DNA of 64,000 bases from the human T2T-CHM13v2.0 reference genome, Homo sapiens: NCBI RefSeq assembly GCF_009914755.1, contig NC_060939.1. The stretch is one strand, 5' to 3'. Within the stretch, counting starts at the first letter, position 1, and the number at the start of each line of letters is the position of its first letter. Below, piece after piece: positions 1-18,453 of this stretch. Below the pieces are notes generated by a model that was given only the letters and a program-made list of their open reading frames with translations, did not search any database and was not told the origin of the DNA. The translations under genes and the position numbers were made by a program.

Positions 1-460
1 GAAGGAAGCTTAACCTCTGCAGAATTTTTTCCAAAAGCTCATAATTCCAGCCTAATCAGGAAAAAAATAATCAGACAAACACAAATTAAAGAGCATTCTA
101 AGGACCTGACCAGTAATCTTCAAACTGTCGATACACAGTAACAAGGAGAGGCTAAGAGTTGGCCACAGGCCAGAGGAACCCAAGGAAACGTAATGATTAA
201 GTGCCAGATAGTATCCTGAACTGGATACTGGGAACAGAAAAAGAACGTTGGTGTAAAAACTTAGTGGAATGCAAATACATTACTGTTAATGAAAATTCAG
301 AATTTAATATTGGTTTCTTAGTTTTGGCAAACGTAGCATGGTTGTGTAACATGTTAACTTTAAGGAAAGCTGGATAAGATAACTCTCTTTACTTTTTTTG
401 CAGCTTTTCTGTAGATCTAAAATTATTCCAAAAGTAAAAAGTTTATTACATAAAAGAAAG
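1..460 (+). mobile_element. Ancient L1M (L1MC-like) 3' UTR fragment
   Basis: Degenerate L1MC-type 3' end ('...cagcttttctgtagatctaaaattattccaaaagtaaaaagtttatt'). Confidence 0.6.
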
Positions 461-589
461 AAGTCACAAAACTCTTATTTTAAGACTTACATGGCAAATT
501 AAGTGGCCATGATTAAACAAGTCATATTTTTTCTATGTATGTATGTATTTATTTTTAAAATTGGTTAATTTATACATATATATTTTTAA

Positions 590-923
590 ATTTTACTTCA
601 AGTTCTGGGATACACGTGCAGAATGTGCAGGTTTGTTACATAGGTATAGAAGTGTCATGGTGGTTTGCTGTGCCTATCAACCTGTCATCTAGGTTTTAAG
701 CGCCGCATACATTAGGTATTTGTCCTAATGCTCTCCCTCCCCTTGCCCCCCACTTCCCTACAGGCCCCAGTGTGTGATGTTCCCCTCCCTGTGTCCATGT
801 GTTCTCATTGTTTAACTCCCACTTATGAGTGAGAACATGCAGTGTTTGGTTTTCTGTTCCTGTGTTAGTTTGCTGAGAATGATGGCTTCTAGCTTCATCC
901 ATGTCCCTGCAAAGGACATGAAC
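590..923 (-). mobile_element. 5'-truncated L1PA (L1PA8-like) 3' end
   Basis: Antisense L1PA 3' UTR including 'ctaggttttaagcgccgcatacattaggtatttgtcctaatgc'. Confidence 0.85.
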
Positions 924-932
924 TATATTTAC

Positions 933-1226
933 TTTTTTTTTTTTTTTTTTTTTTTGAGACGGAGTTTCACTCTTGTTGCCCAGGCTGGGCAATGGTGCAA
1001 TCTTAGCTCACCACAACCTCTGCCTCCTGCTTCAAGTGATTCTCCTCCTTCAGCCTCCCGAGTAGCTGGGATTACAGGTATGTGCCACCACGCCTGGCTA
1101 ATTTTTAGTAGAGACGAGGTTTCTCCATATTGGTCAGGCTGGTCTTGAACTCCCAGCCTCAGGTGATCCACCTGCCTTGGCCTCCCAAAGTGCTGGGATT
1201 ACAGGCGTGAGCTACCATGCCTGGCC
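933..1226 (-). mobile_element. AluS (Sp/Sq-like)
   Basis: Poly(T), then 'gagacggagtttcactcttgttgcccagg...ctggcc'; flanked by tatattta repeats. Confidence 0.95.
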
Positions 1227-1605
1227 TATATTTAATTTTAATTGACAAAAAAATTGTATGTTAAAGGTATACAAAATGATGTTTTGATATATGTGTACAA
1301 TGTAGAATGTTTAAATGGAGCTAATTAATATATGCGCCACCTCACATACTTATTATTGTCTTGTGATGAGAACTTTTAATATTTACTCCCTTAGTGATTT
1401 TTAAGTATACAATACATTGTTGTTAAGTACAGTCACCATGTTGTACAATAGAGCTCTTTCAGTCATTCCTCCTGTCTGGCTGAAAATTTGTGTCCTCTGA
1501 CCATTATCTCCCCATTTCCTCTTCTCCCTAGCCCGTGGAACCACCATTCTGAGCTCTACTCTTAGAAGGTTTTTAGATTTCATACGTATGTGAGATCACG
1601 TGATA

Positions 1606-1770
1606 TCTTCCTTCCTCCCTCCCTTCTTCCTTCCTTCCTCTCTTTCTCTCTTTTCTTTTCTTTCTTTCTTTCTCTTTCTTTCATCTCTCTTTCCTTCCTT
1701 TCTTCCTTCCTTCCTTTCTCTTTCATCTCTCCTTCCTTCCTTTCTTCCTTCCTTTCTCCCTCTTTCTTTC

Positions 1771-1812
<42 letters not shown>

Positions 1813-1845
1813 GTCTTCCTCCTTCCTTCCTTCCTTCCTTCTTTC
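1606..1845. repeat. CT-rich polypyrimidine tract, (CTTT/CCTT)n, expanded Alu tail
   Basis: About 240 bp almost purely C/T, abutting the 3' end of an antisense Alu. Confidence 0.95.
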
Positions 1846-2136
1846 AGACAAGGTCTCACTCTGTCATTCAGGCTGGAGTGCAGTAGCGTGATCATAGCTC
1901 ACTGCAGCCTTGAACTCCTGGGTTCAAGCGATCTTTCTGCCTCAGCACCCTCCAAGTAGCTGGGACCACAGGCTATATCACCATGCCTGACTAATTTTTT
2001 AAATTTTTTTTTTTTTTTTGTAGAGACAGGGTCTCCCTATGTTGCCCAAGCTGGTCTCAAACTACTGGGCTCAAATGATCCTTCCTCCTTGGCCTCCCAA
2101 AATGTTGGATTGCAGGTGTGAGCCACTGCACCTGGT
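1846..2136 (-). mobile_element. AluJ
   Basis: 'gatcatagctcactgcagccttgaactcctgggttcaagcgatc', J-type features. Confidence 0.9.
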
Positions 2137-2199
2137 TCATTATTTGTCTTTCTGTGCTTAGCTTATTTCGTAAAGAAGTCAATATTAAATATTAAAAGT

Positions 2200-2900
2200 T
2201 ATTATAAAGATATATTAGCAAGACAGTATGGTAGGGACATAAATATAAACACACATACCAACAGAACATGACAAAAGAACAAAACCAGCCGCATGCATAC
2301 TCGATGGAGACAAAGGTAACACTGCAGAATGGTGAAGGAAGAACAGTCATTTTAATGACAGTGTTGGCTTAATTGAGTATTCATGTTCAAAAAAGAAATT
2401 TGAGCCTTATTTCACATCTCATAGACACACACTATAACTTCCTTGTGGAGTTTAAATCTAAATGCAATAAGTGAGCAATAAAAATTTTAGAATATATTCT
2501 AACAGATTATATTAATGATCTTGGTGTAGGAACAGATTTTTTAAAACACTATATAGGAAACTTTAAACATAAAAAAGATTGATAAGTTAGACTACACTAA
2601 AATATTGAATATATCTTCAATGAAATACAATGTTTAAATAATGAAAACATAAATCACAGAGTAGGAGAGAATATTTTAAGTATGGCAGCGAAGGTCCTAT
2701 GCCTAGATGATATAAAGTGCTTCTAAAAGCCAGTAAGAAAAAGACTCAATTAAAACATTGGGAAAACGTTTGGATAGGCACTTCATAATAAAAGAGTATT
2801 CAAATGATCAATGCTCACATTAAAAGTGGTTCAACATCGTTAATCATCAGGAAACTGCAAAGTAAACCAACCAAGAGATAACACTGTATACTCATCAAGA
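2200..2900 (+). mobile_element. Ancient L1M ORF2 3' region (host of the next element; resumes about 4792-4990)
   Basis: Degenerate A-rich L1 ORF2 sequence, e.g. 'aatcatcaggaaactgcaaagtaaacc'. Confidence 0.6.
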
Positions 2901-2904
2901 GGCC

Positions 2905-4791
2905 TACATTTTTTATTTTATTTGCTTACATTTTTACTTTAGATTCAGGGGGTACATATACAGGTTTGTTACAGGGGTATATTGCATGATGCTGAGGTTT
3001 GGGCTTCTATTGATCCCGTCATCCATGTAGTGAACATACTGCACGATAGGAAGTTTTTAGCCCTTCTCCCCTCTTTTTCCTCTTTTGGAGTCCCCAGTGT
3101 CTATTGTTCCCATCTTTATGCTCACATATACCCACAATATAGCTCCCACTTATAAGAGAACACGTGACTTTTGGTTTTCTGTTGATGCATTAATTCACTT
3201 AGGATGGTGGCCTCCGACTGCATCCATGTTGCTGCAAGGGATATTATTTTATTCTTTTCTATGGCTGCATAGTATTCCGTGGTGTATAGGTACCACATTT
3301 TCTTTATCCGATCCAGAGTTGACGGGCACCTGGATTCCATGTCGTTGCTATTATGAATAGCACTGCAATGAACATATAAGCTCATGTGTCTTTTCAGTAA
3401 AATGGCTTATTTTCCTTTGGGCATACACCCAGTAATAAAATTGCTGGATCAAATGGTACCTCAAATCTTAGTTCTTTGAGAAATCTCCAAACTGCTCTCC
3501 ATAGTAGCTGGAGTAATTTACATTCCCACCAACAACGTATAAAATTTCCCCTTTCTTTACAACCTCACCAGCATCTGTTATTTTTTGACTTTTAATATTG
3601 GCCATTCTGACTGATGTGAGATGATATCTCATTGTGGTTTTGATTTGCATTTCTCTAGTGATTAATGATGTTGAACTTTTTTTTTCATCTGTTTGCTGGC
3701 CACTTATATGTCTTCTTTTGAGAAGTATCTGTTCACGTCCTTTGCCCACTTTTTAATGGGGTTATTTGTTTTTTGCTTGTTGATTTGTTTAAGTTGCTTA
3801 TAGATGCTGCTTTGTTGGATGTACAGTTTGCAAATATTTTCTCTCATTCTGTAGGTTGTCTGTTTACTGTGTTGATGTTTTTTTGTTGTTGTGCAAAATC
3901 TCTTTAGTTTAATTAAATCCTACTCACCAATTTTTGTTTCTGTAACAGTTGCTTTTGGGGACTTGGCCAAAAATTCTTTGCCAAGGCCATGCTAAAGAAA
4001 GGTATTTTCTATGTTTTATTCTAGCATTTTTACAGTTTCAGGTCTTACAATTAAGTCTTTAATCCCCCTGAGTTAATTTTTGTATATGGGCTAAGTGTCC
4101 AGTTTCATTCTTCTGCATATTATTAGGCAGTTTTCCCTGCACCATTTGTTGAATATGGAGTCTTTTCCCCATTACTTGTTTCTGTTGACTTTGTCAAAGA
4201 TCAGTTGGTTGTAAGCGTGTGACCTTATTTCTGGGTTCTCTATACTGTCTCATTGGTCTATGTGTCTCTTTTTGTACCAGTACCATGCTGTTTTGGTTAC
4301 TGTAGCCTTGTGGAATAGTTTAAAGACTTTACCAAAAAACTCCTAGACCTGGTAAATGACTTCAGTAAAGCTTCAGGATACAAAATCAGCATACACAAAT
4401 CAGTAGCATTTCTATATACCAATAGTTTTTAAGCTGAGAGCCAAATCAAGAGTGAAATCCCATTCAAAATAGCACCACCCCCCAACAAATTAAAATACTT
4501 AGGAATACATCTAACCAAGGAGGTGAAAAATCTCTACAAGGAGAACTACAAAACACTACTCAAAGAAATCATAGATGACACAGACCAATGGAAAAACATT
4601 CCATGCTGGTGTGTTGAAAGAATCAATATTGTTAAAATGTCCATACTATAGATTCAGCATTATTTCTATCAAATTACCAATGCAATTTTTCACAGAATTA
4701 GAAAAACTGTTCTAATATTCATATGGAACCCAAAAAGAGCCAAAGTCATTCTAAGAAAAATAAAACCAGAGGCATCACATTACTTAACTTC
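2905..4791 (-). mobile_element. L1PA15/16-like element with 5' inversion (2905-4323 minus; 4324-4791 plus)
   Basis: Minus-strand ORF2 C-terminal remnants (ORFs 3122-3385 and 3468-3749), then an abrupt switch to plus-strand ORF2 that ends where the minus segment begins in L1 coordinates. Confidence 0.85.
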
Positions 4792-6320
4792 ATGATGGCT
4801 AAAATTTAAGGATTGACAGAAACACATTATATTACTGGTGTAGGTATAAATTATTACCATTAATTTGGAAAACTATTGACAGTATGTCAGTTTTGAACAA
4901 AATCATACCCTATGAGTTAGCAACTCCACTTTTGGGTACACACCCAGAACATGATTATCAAAAGGCATCCAAGTTTTATTTCATAAGCACCTAAGGATGT
5001 GGATCAAAATGCAAATCTGCTACACAAAATTAGTAGCCAGAGGGTTCTTGGTGAGTCTGGAAGCAAAGCACAGCATTGCTTTTTATTACTCAGCCGTCAT
5101 GGCCCAGTTGCCTTTGGCAGGTGAGGCCAGCTGGCCAGTAGCTCAGATGGAGCAGGTATGAGGGGGTAAGAGCAGTGGTCCATCTGTCACTGGAGAAGCC
5201 TAGTCACCTGGGCAGAATATCTTGAACCTAGGATAAGTTCATCCATGGTAGACCAACTCTGTGATGGAGTTATGAGATGGGGAAGGAGGGTCTGGCACCA
5301 TGCAACAGGATTTCCCCCAAAGCTCAGCACTCCAAGGAGCACATCAGCATCAGGAATGTCTGCTGGAAGCCAGCGGCTGTGGAGGAGGGGCAGTAGCCAC
5401 TGAGCCTAGGTTCAGAGCTTCAATCCCCTTCAGTCCTCTTGACTGGCAAGAGAACAGCAGAGTCTATTAGAGAGGAATTACCATTCCAAGCAAGAATTTA
5501 GGCCACATCTTTCAGAATGAGACCATTGAGTTGAGGTCCACTTAGCAGGGAAAGTGGCTTCAGGTTGTGGTTGACTGTTTAATTACACCCTGCTGTTCAC
5601 TCTCTTCACCATTGTATGCAAAGTACAGCGTCTCTGACAAGCAAGGAACACTGGCTTGCCCCACAGTGGCTGGCTGGGGTTGATGAAATGAGCAGCGAAG
5701 TAGCAGTGTGCCCAGTCCAAGCAGAGACTACCTCTAGCAGGGGCATGACATTCCCCAAGAGAGGGCATCTCCTTTAGCCTGGACCTTGGAGCAAAAGCAA
5801 CCCATGGATCAGACCAATAGACAACATGCAGCCCTCATCTAACCCAAGTGGAATATAGCTGTTGGTATAAGCCCCCGAGATTTTGAGGTTGTCCCCACAG
5901 GAAAGCAAACTAGCATAACACTGAATTGCTGAGCAAGTGGGTGGTTAATTAATAGCTCTCTTTCCCAACTAGAGCTTCCCTGAAAGTCCGAGGAGGCCTG
6001 GAGCATGCAGGGAGAGGACAAGCAGCCTCGGAGAGAAAGAGGGGAGGTACAAGTGACCTGGATGCAACACGGCCTGGCCCAGGAGGAATTGGATACTCTT
6101 AAGGGATATTTCACACAAGTCATATGAATCTGGAAGACTACCCCAGATCCATATAGGTATATAGGACAAGGCCAGACTACTCTCTATCCCCAACATGTCT
6201 CTCAACTGGAGAGTACTAATAAATACTGCCAATTCTTACTACCCAATTCCTGTTTTAATCAGTTATAAAATACAATTTAGTATATTGCCGTGGATTTTTA
6301 TATTGGTAATATTTTCCTAA

Positions 6321-7412
6321 GGTGGCTTGCCAATTATCCCAGCCCCATTTGTTGAATAGGGTGTCCTTTCCCCACTTTATGTTTTTGTTTGCTTTGTTGA
6401 AGATCAGTTGGCTGTAAGTATTTGGCTTTATTTCTGGGTTCTCTATTCTGTTCCATTGGTCTATATGCCTGTTTTTATACCAGTACCATGCTGTTTTGGT
6501 GACTATGGCCTTAGGGTATATCAGTTGATACCTCCAGATTTGTTCTTTTTGCTTAGTCTTTCTTTGGCTACGTGGGCTCTTTTTTGGTTCCATATGAATT
6601 TTAGGATTGTTTTTTCTAGTTCTGTGAAGAACGATGGTATGTTTTGATGGGAATTGCATTGAATTTGTAGATTGCTTTTGGCAATACGGTCATTTTCACA
6701 ACATTGATTCTACCCATCCACGAGCGTGGGATGTGTTTTCATTTGTTTGTGTCATCTGTGATTTCTTTCAGCAGTGTTTTGTAGCTTTTCTTGTAGAGGT
6801 CTTTTACCTCCTTGGTTAGGTATATTCCTAAGTTTTTTTTTTTTGTTTTGTTTTCAGCTATTGTAAAAGGGGATGAGTTCTTGATTTGATTCTCAGGTTG
6901 GTTGCTGTTGGTGTATAGTAGAGCTACCGATTTGTGTACAATAAATTTGTATCCTAAAACTTTGCTCAATTCATTTATCAGTTCTAGGAGCTTTTTGGAG
7001 AAGTCTTTGGGGTTTTCTAGGTATATAATCATATCATCAGCAAACAACAACAGTTTGACTTCCTCTTTAGCCATTTGGATGCCCTTTATTTCCTTCTCTT
7101 GTCTGATTACTTTGGCTAGGACTTTCAGTACTGTGGTGAATAGAAGTGGTGAAAGTGGGCATCCTTGTCTTGTTCCAGTTCTCAGGAGGAATGCTTTCAG
7201 CTCATCCCCCTTCAGTATTATGTTGGCTGTGGGTTTGTTGTAGATGGCTTTTGTTACCTTGTGTCCCTTCTATGCTGATTTTGCTGAGGGCTTTAATCAT
7301 TAAGGGATGCTTAATGTCAAATGCTTTTTCTGCGTCTATCGAGATAATCATGTAATTTTTGTTTTTAATCCTGTTTATGTGGTGTATTGCATTTATTGAC
7401 TTGCATAGTGTT
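6321..7412 (-). mobile_element. L1PB-like ORF2 (reverse transcriptase region) internal fragment
   Basis: ORF 6739-7074 contains LFADDMI; ORF 6255-6659 contains [19 protein letters not shown]. Confidence 0.9.
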
Positions 7413-7539
7413 AGTGGCTCTTTCTGCATACTTGAGAATATCTAGTTTTATGTCTCGTTTGAATCTGGGTAGGTTACTTAACCATGATGACAGTTCATTA
7501 TTATATTTTATTTTAAAAATGTATTTTTTAAATTTTAAA

Positions 7540-8255
<716 letters not shown>

Positions 8256-9209
8256 TTTATACTTCAAATTCTTCCTATCTTTCAGAACCAGATCCAATGC
8301 CATCTCTTCCGCAAAGCCTTCTTTGATCTTGAAGTTTGGCAGAGGAAGTTCTCCCCACTGTGAGGTTTAATTATATTGATTTCCTCCTGGCCATGGGTCT
8401 GTTTGTAATAGGGATTTATGCAGGAGATAGATAAGGTTTCTCATGCAGCTTGTCAGCTGGTATCATAGAGTGTTTTCTGTAGTTATTATTCTATAACTAT
8501 TTATTTATGTTTTATAAGTCCTATGAAATATCACTTAAAGGAAAATTCTCTCAGCCTTGTTCCCAAATTCTGTGTGATCACAAAGACACTATTGCTTTCT
8601 AGGCCTTGCTTTCATGGAACTGAACCTAAATAGTGTACCTTTTTTAGGTATCTCCAGGGTCTTTCTTTAACTATTTTTGCTCAAGTAAAAGTGAATAGCA
8701 AAAATGGAGTATTTTAAACCTGAAAAAAAAAAAAAAACAGAAAGGAAGTGAGGTGGCTTGACTTCCTCCTAAGTTTATAGTAAGTATATTTTCTCATGGG
8801 AAGAAAAAAACACACTGATGATTAGAAACACTTTGCTTTTTGTTCAGCCACAACCTAGCTATTTCCCACAAAGTTAATCCACTGTTACCAGAATAGGGAA
8901 GCATCTGTACACATAGAGAGAAATGGAACCTAAATATTTCTGGAAACCTCAAGTCACTTACACATTCCACAAGTTGCCTCATATCGAGAAACACAGAATT
9001 TGTTCAAACATTTCAATACTTCACCAGATTGAGTTTGCAAACAAAAACATTTTGGAATTGTGGCAAAGGGAGTGGCTGTCATGGCAGAGGTGAGCTCAGA
9101 CATGTGGATTAGTATTCAGACGATAATTTGGCTCCAGAAATCATCACCACGGGGCACACAACCCTGTAGTCAGAAAGGACCTCATGAATCACCCCATAGA
9201 TTACCCTAA

Positions 9210-9613
<404 letters not shown>

Positions 9614-9853
9614 TGTTTATCTTTATTTCTTTTTTTTTTTCTTTTATTATTATACTTTAAGTTTTAGGGTACATGTGCACATTGTGCAGGTTATTTACAT
9701 ATGTATACATGTGCCATGCTGGTGCGCTGCACCCACTAACTTGTCATCTAGCATTAGGTATATCTCCCAATGCTATCCCTCCCCCCTCCTCCCACCCCAC
9801 AACAGTCCCCAGAGTGTGATGTTCCCCTTCCTGTGTCCATGTGATCTCATTGT

Positions 9854-13697
<3,844 letters not shown>

Positions 13698-13745
13698 TTA
13701 TTTTGCTCGTTAGTTGATGCAGTTTCTTCCTAGTCTCGATGGTCT

Positions 13746-14762
13746 TTACATTTTGGCATGATTTTGCAGCGGCTGGTACCGGTTGTTCCTTTCCATATTT
13801 AGCGCTTCCTTCAGGAGCTCTTTTAGGGCAGGCCTGGTGGTGACAAAATCTCTCAGCATTTGCTTGTCTGTAAAGTATTTTATTTCTCCTTCACTTATGA
13901 AGCTTAGTTTGGCTGGATATGAAATTCTGGGTTGAAAATTCTTTTCTTTAAGAATGTTGAATATTGGCCCCCACTCTCTTCTGGCTTGTAGGGTTTCTGC
14001 CGAGAGATCCGCTGTTAGTCTGATGGGCTTCCCTTTGAGGGTAACCCGACCTTTCTCTCTGGCTGCCCTTAACATTTTTTCCTTCATTTCAACTTTGGTG
14101 AATCTGAGAATTATGTGTCTTGGAGTTGCTCTTCTCGAGGAATATCTTTGTGGCGTTCTCTGTATTTCCTGAATCTGAACGTTGGCCTGCCTTGCTAGAT
14201 TGGGGAAGTTCTCCTGGATAATATCCTGCAGAGTGTTTTCCAACTTGGTTCCATTCTCCCCATCACTTTCAGGTACACCAATCAGACGTAGATTTGGTCT
14301 TTTCACATAGTCCCATATTTCTTGGAGGCTTTGCTCATTTCTTTTTATTCTTTTTTCTCTAAACTTCCCTTCTCACTTCATTTCATTCATTTCATCTTCC
14401 ATTGCTGATACCCTTTCTTCCAGTTGATCGCGTCGGCTCCTGAGGCTTCTGCATTCTTCACGTAGTTCTCGAGCCTTGGTTTTCAGCTCCATCAGCTCCT
14501 TTAAGCACTTCTCTGTATTGGTTATTCTAGTTATACATTCTTCTAAATTTTTTTCAAAGTTTTCAACTTCTTTGCCTTTGGTTTGAATGTCCTCCTGTAG
14601 CTCAGAGTAATTTGATCGTCTGAAGCCTTCTTCTCTCAGCTCGTCAAAGTCATTCTCCGTCCAGCTTTGTTCCATTGCTGGTGAGGAACTGCGTTCCTTT
14701 GGAGGAGGAGAGGCGCTCTGCTTTTTAGAGTTTCCAGTTTTTCTGTTCTGTTTTTTCCCCAT
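13746..14762 (-). pseudogene. L1 ORF1p with a premature stop at codon 130
   Basis: MGKKQNRK...QNHAKM spans 1017 nt in one frame, with an in-frame TGA at 14373-14375 (CGA>TGA type). Confidence 0.95.
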
Positions 14763-15673
14763 CTTTGTGGTTTTATCTACTTTTGGTCTTTGACAATAGC
14801 GATGTACAGATGGGTTTTTGGTGTGGATGTCCTTTCTGTTTGTTAGTTTTCCTTCTAACAAACAGGACCCTCAGCTGCAGGTCTGTTGGAGTACCCTGCA
14901 GTGTGAGGTGTCAGTGTGCCCCTGCTGGGGGGTGCCTCCCAGTTAGGCTGCTCGGGGGTCAGGGGTCAGGGACGCACTTGAGGAGGCAGTCTGCCCGTTC
15001 TTAGATCTCCAGCTGCGTGCTGGGAGAACGACTGCTCTCTTCAAAGCTGTCAGACAGGGACATTTAAGTCTGCAGAGGTTACTGCTGTCTTTTTGTTTGT
15101 CTGTGCCCTGCCCCCAGAGGTGTAGCCTACAGAGGCAGGCAGGCAGGCCTCCTTGAGCTGTGGTGGGCTCCACCCAGTTCGAGCTTCCCAGCTGCTTTGT
15201 TTACCTAATCAAGCCTGGGCAATGGCAGGCGCCCCTCCCCCAGCCTCGCTGCCGCCTTGCAGTTTGATCTCAGACTGCTGTGCTAGCAATCAGCGAGACT
15301 CCGTGGTCGTAGGACCCTCCGAGCCAGGTGCAGGATATAATCTCCTGGTGCGCCGTTTTTTAAGCCCGTAGGAAAAGCGCAGTATTCGGGTGGGAGTGGC
15401 CTGATTTTCCAGGTGCTGTCCGTCACCCCTTTCTTTGACTAGGAAAGGGAACTCCCTGACCCCTTGCGCTTCCCGAGTGAGGCAGTGCCTCGCCCTGCTT
15501 CGGCTGGCGCACGGTGCACGCACCCACTGACCTGCGCCCACTGTCTGGCACTCCCTAGTGAGATGAACCCGGTACCTCAGATGGAAATGCAGAAATCACC
15601 TGTCTTCTGCGTTGCTCACGCTGGGAGCTGTAGACCGGAGCTGTTCCTATTCGGCCATCTTGGCTCCTCTCTC
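14763..15673 (-). promoter_or_regulatory. L1 5' UTR internal sense promoter and antisense promoter
   Basis: About 910-bp CpG-containing UTR with an intact YY1 site (caagatggc). Confidence 0.85.
15222..15371 (+). pseudogene. L1 ORF0, truncated at 49 aa
   Basis: MAGAPPPASLPPCSLISDCCASNQRDS... ending in a premature TAG. Confidence 0.85.
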
Positions 15674-17688
15674 TATCTTTATTTCTTATAACTTGTTTTA
15701 ATCATCCTGTTTGGGACTCGTAGCTCTGACATTTGGTGATATTAAGAACACAGGGATTACTTATTCTCAGGCTGTGATATCACATAGTGGAAAACCTTTA
15801 TTATTTATGACTCCTGGGATAAATATTCCAGGTTTCTACACACAAGATGATTTTCATGTTTTCTGCCATCTGTATTATACCCTCTTTGTCAATATCATCC
15901 TTAAAATGAGCTGCCCTGCTCCCAGCAAAATGACTCATCTAGCAATGCTTATATGAGATTCCTGAATGCATTACTATGACAGGGTCACATCTCAATTTCA
16001 TTTTTCTCTTTATAAAAGGAATTTATAATCTTTCCCAGATTATAAATTGTCAATTAACAGAACTAATAAAAATTATTTTAAAAGTATGTATATAAGTAAC
16101 TGCTACAAGCATTTTCAACAATGATGAACATGAGAAAAGCTATCCTATTCTCTGGAGTTAAATATTTATTTTGAAATATTAAGATATTTCTAATTTTTCA
16201 AATCCATTGATAATATATCATTATCTGATGGGAAAATTTTCAATAGATATAAATGTATTTAGAATGTAAAAATGAATTCAGAATGGAATAATAATTCTAC
16301 TTATAGTAGTATTCACAGAGAAAGTAGAACTATTGCCACCTTTTAATTGGGTGGTAGATTTCAATTGTTCTCACTGTTTTGGCAGCCTTGTCACAGGATT
16401 CCTTATGTGAGGTTTTATTTGCCTAAATCTCATTCCTTCCTCACATGAGTCATCACCAAGCCAGGAATCTTTTGTACCTTGCAAGCGACTTTCTGGAATA
16501 CAGGCTATCAAACTTTTTCCTAATAAATTTTATTTCATTTTTCTGTAGCTCCTCATTCTTATCTGTCAATGTCATTTTACAAGTCTTGAAGCTGTCTTCT
16601 ACAGCAGAGCTGCAAATCTGTTTCCACTTGAGCTTCTGATAAACATACTAAACAATATATGCTGATGACCCAACATTCAGAATCACCTTTCAATTTGACA
16701 CAGACCTGGTAGTAATACTCTTTAGAGATCTAGTTTAGGATCTCTAAACCCAGGAAATCACTTGGGTTGATCTCTAAACCCAGGCAAATTCTCTTTACCC
16801 AGGAAATTCACTAATCTATCAAGATACAGACACAGTGTCAAGTACTCGGCTGAAGTAGAGATACATACCACACTCTGTTCTAAAGGGCAATAACAGTTTT
16901 TTTTCCCCATTAGAACGGACTTACTCCTGGTAAACCTGGAGCTGTAAAGCTGATACGTAGGAATCATTCAACAAAGTGTACGCATTAGTATTATTGTTAT
17001 CAGTTTGTATTAATCAATACACTATCCTCTAAATGCTCCCAAATTCATTGTTTAAAAACTAGATAAGGGGTTGGGTTAAGATAATAAGTCCTTATTTTCT
17101 GGAACGAGGAAACTAGTTAAGGTTAACTTCAGTTTGGTCATCTGGTACCACAGAAAAATCTAACACCACAGAGACACTGGGTCATATGCAGAGATTTATT
17201 CTTAATATTTCCTAACTGAAAAACAGCTCATTAGGCACATCTGGAGACCTTGGAGCTGTCCTAGGTACAAGGGTGGGGTGGCAGAGAAAAGCTTAATGTA
17301 GACTCTCTACTCTCAAACGACTCATTCTGGTGAATAGACACTAGTTAACTATGCAGGTAAAGTTTTCTTCATTCTTGTATCTCAACATCTGACACAGACC
17401 CTGGCTTGGTAACGGGAACTCACATGTGTGTGATGAAGGTAAGGAGCACTCCGAAGAGAGCCTGGTGATGCAGAACTAGCAGGCATGTGGTGCATCCCAA
17501 TTCCCCTAGTGCTTCAAAGTCCTTACAAAGCAGAACCGTGGCCCCGATGTGAGGCACACAGGCTGGGGACACAATTCCTTTTCAAAGAGAAGCAACTGAA
17601 TGCTCAGAAGTAGAGTGACTTGTGAAGGGTCACTGGGAAGAACGTGGCAAAGCTGAAATGAACACTCAGATCTGCAGACTATAAGTCA

Positions 17689-18453
<765 letters not shown>

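Larger units (their letters stand above)
1235..2170 (-). mobile_element. L1MA-type 3' end interrupted by an AluJ
   Basis: L1MA 3' UTR motifs up to about 1605, resuming at about 2140 ('tatttgtctttctgtg'). Confidence 0.7.

Noticed and set aside
1590-1959. F/L/S-rich and K/E/R-rich ORFs
   Set aside because: Translations of the CT simple repeat and an Alu.
5839-6123. LRRCT-like 'VTCTSPLSLRG' suggesting a TLR/LRR pseudogene
   Set aside because: Isolated short resemblance; no LRR repeats, transmembrane segment or TIR motif seen nearby.
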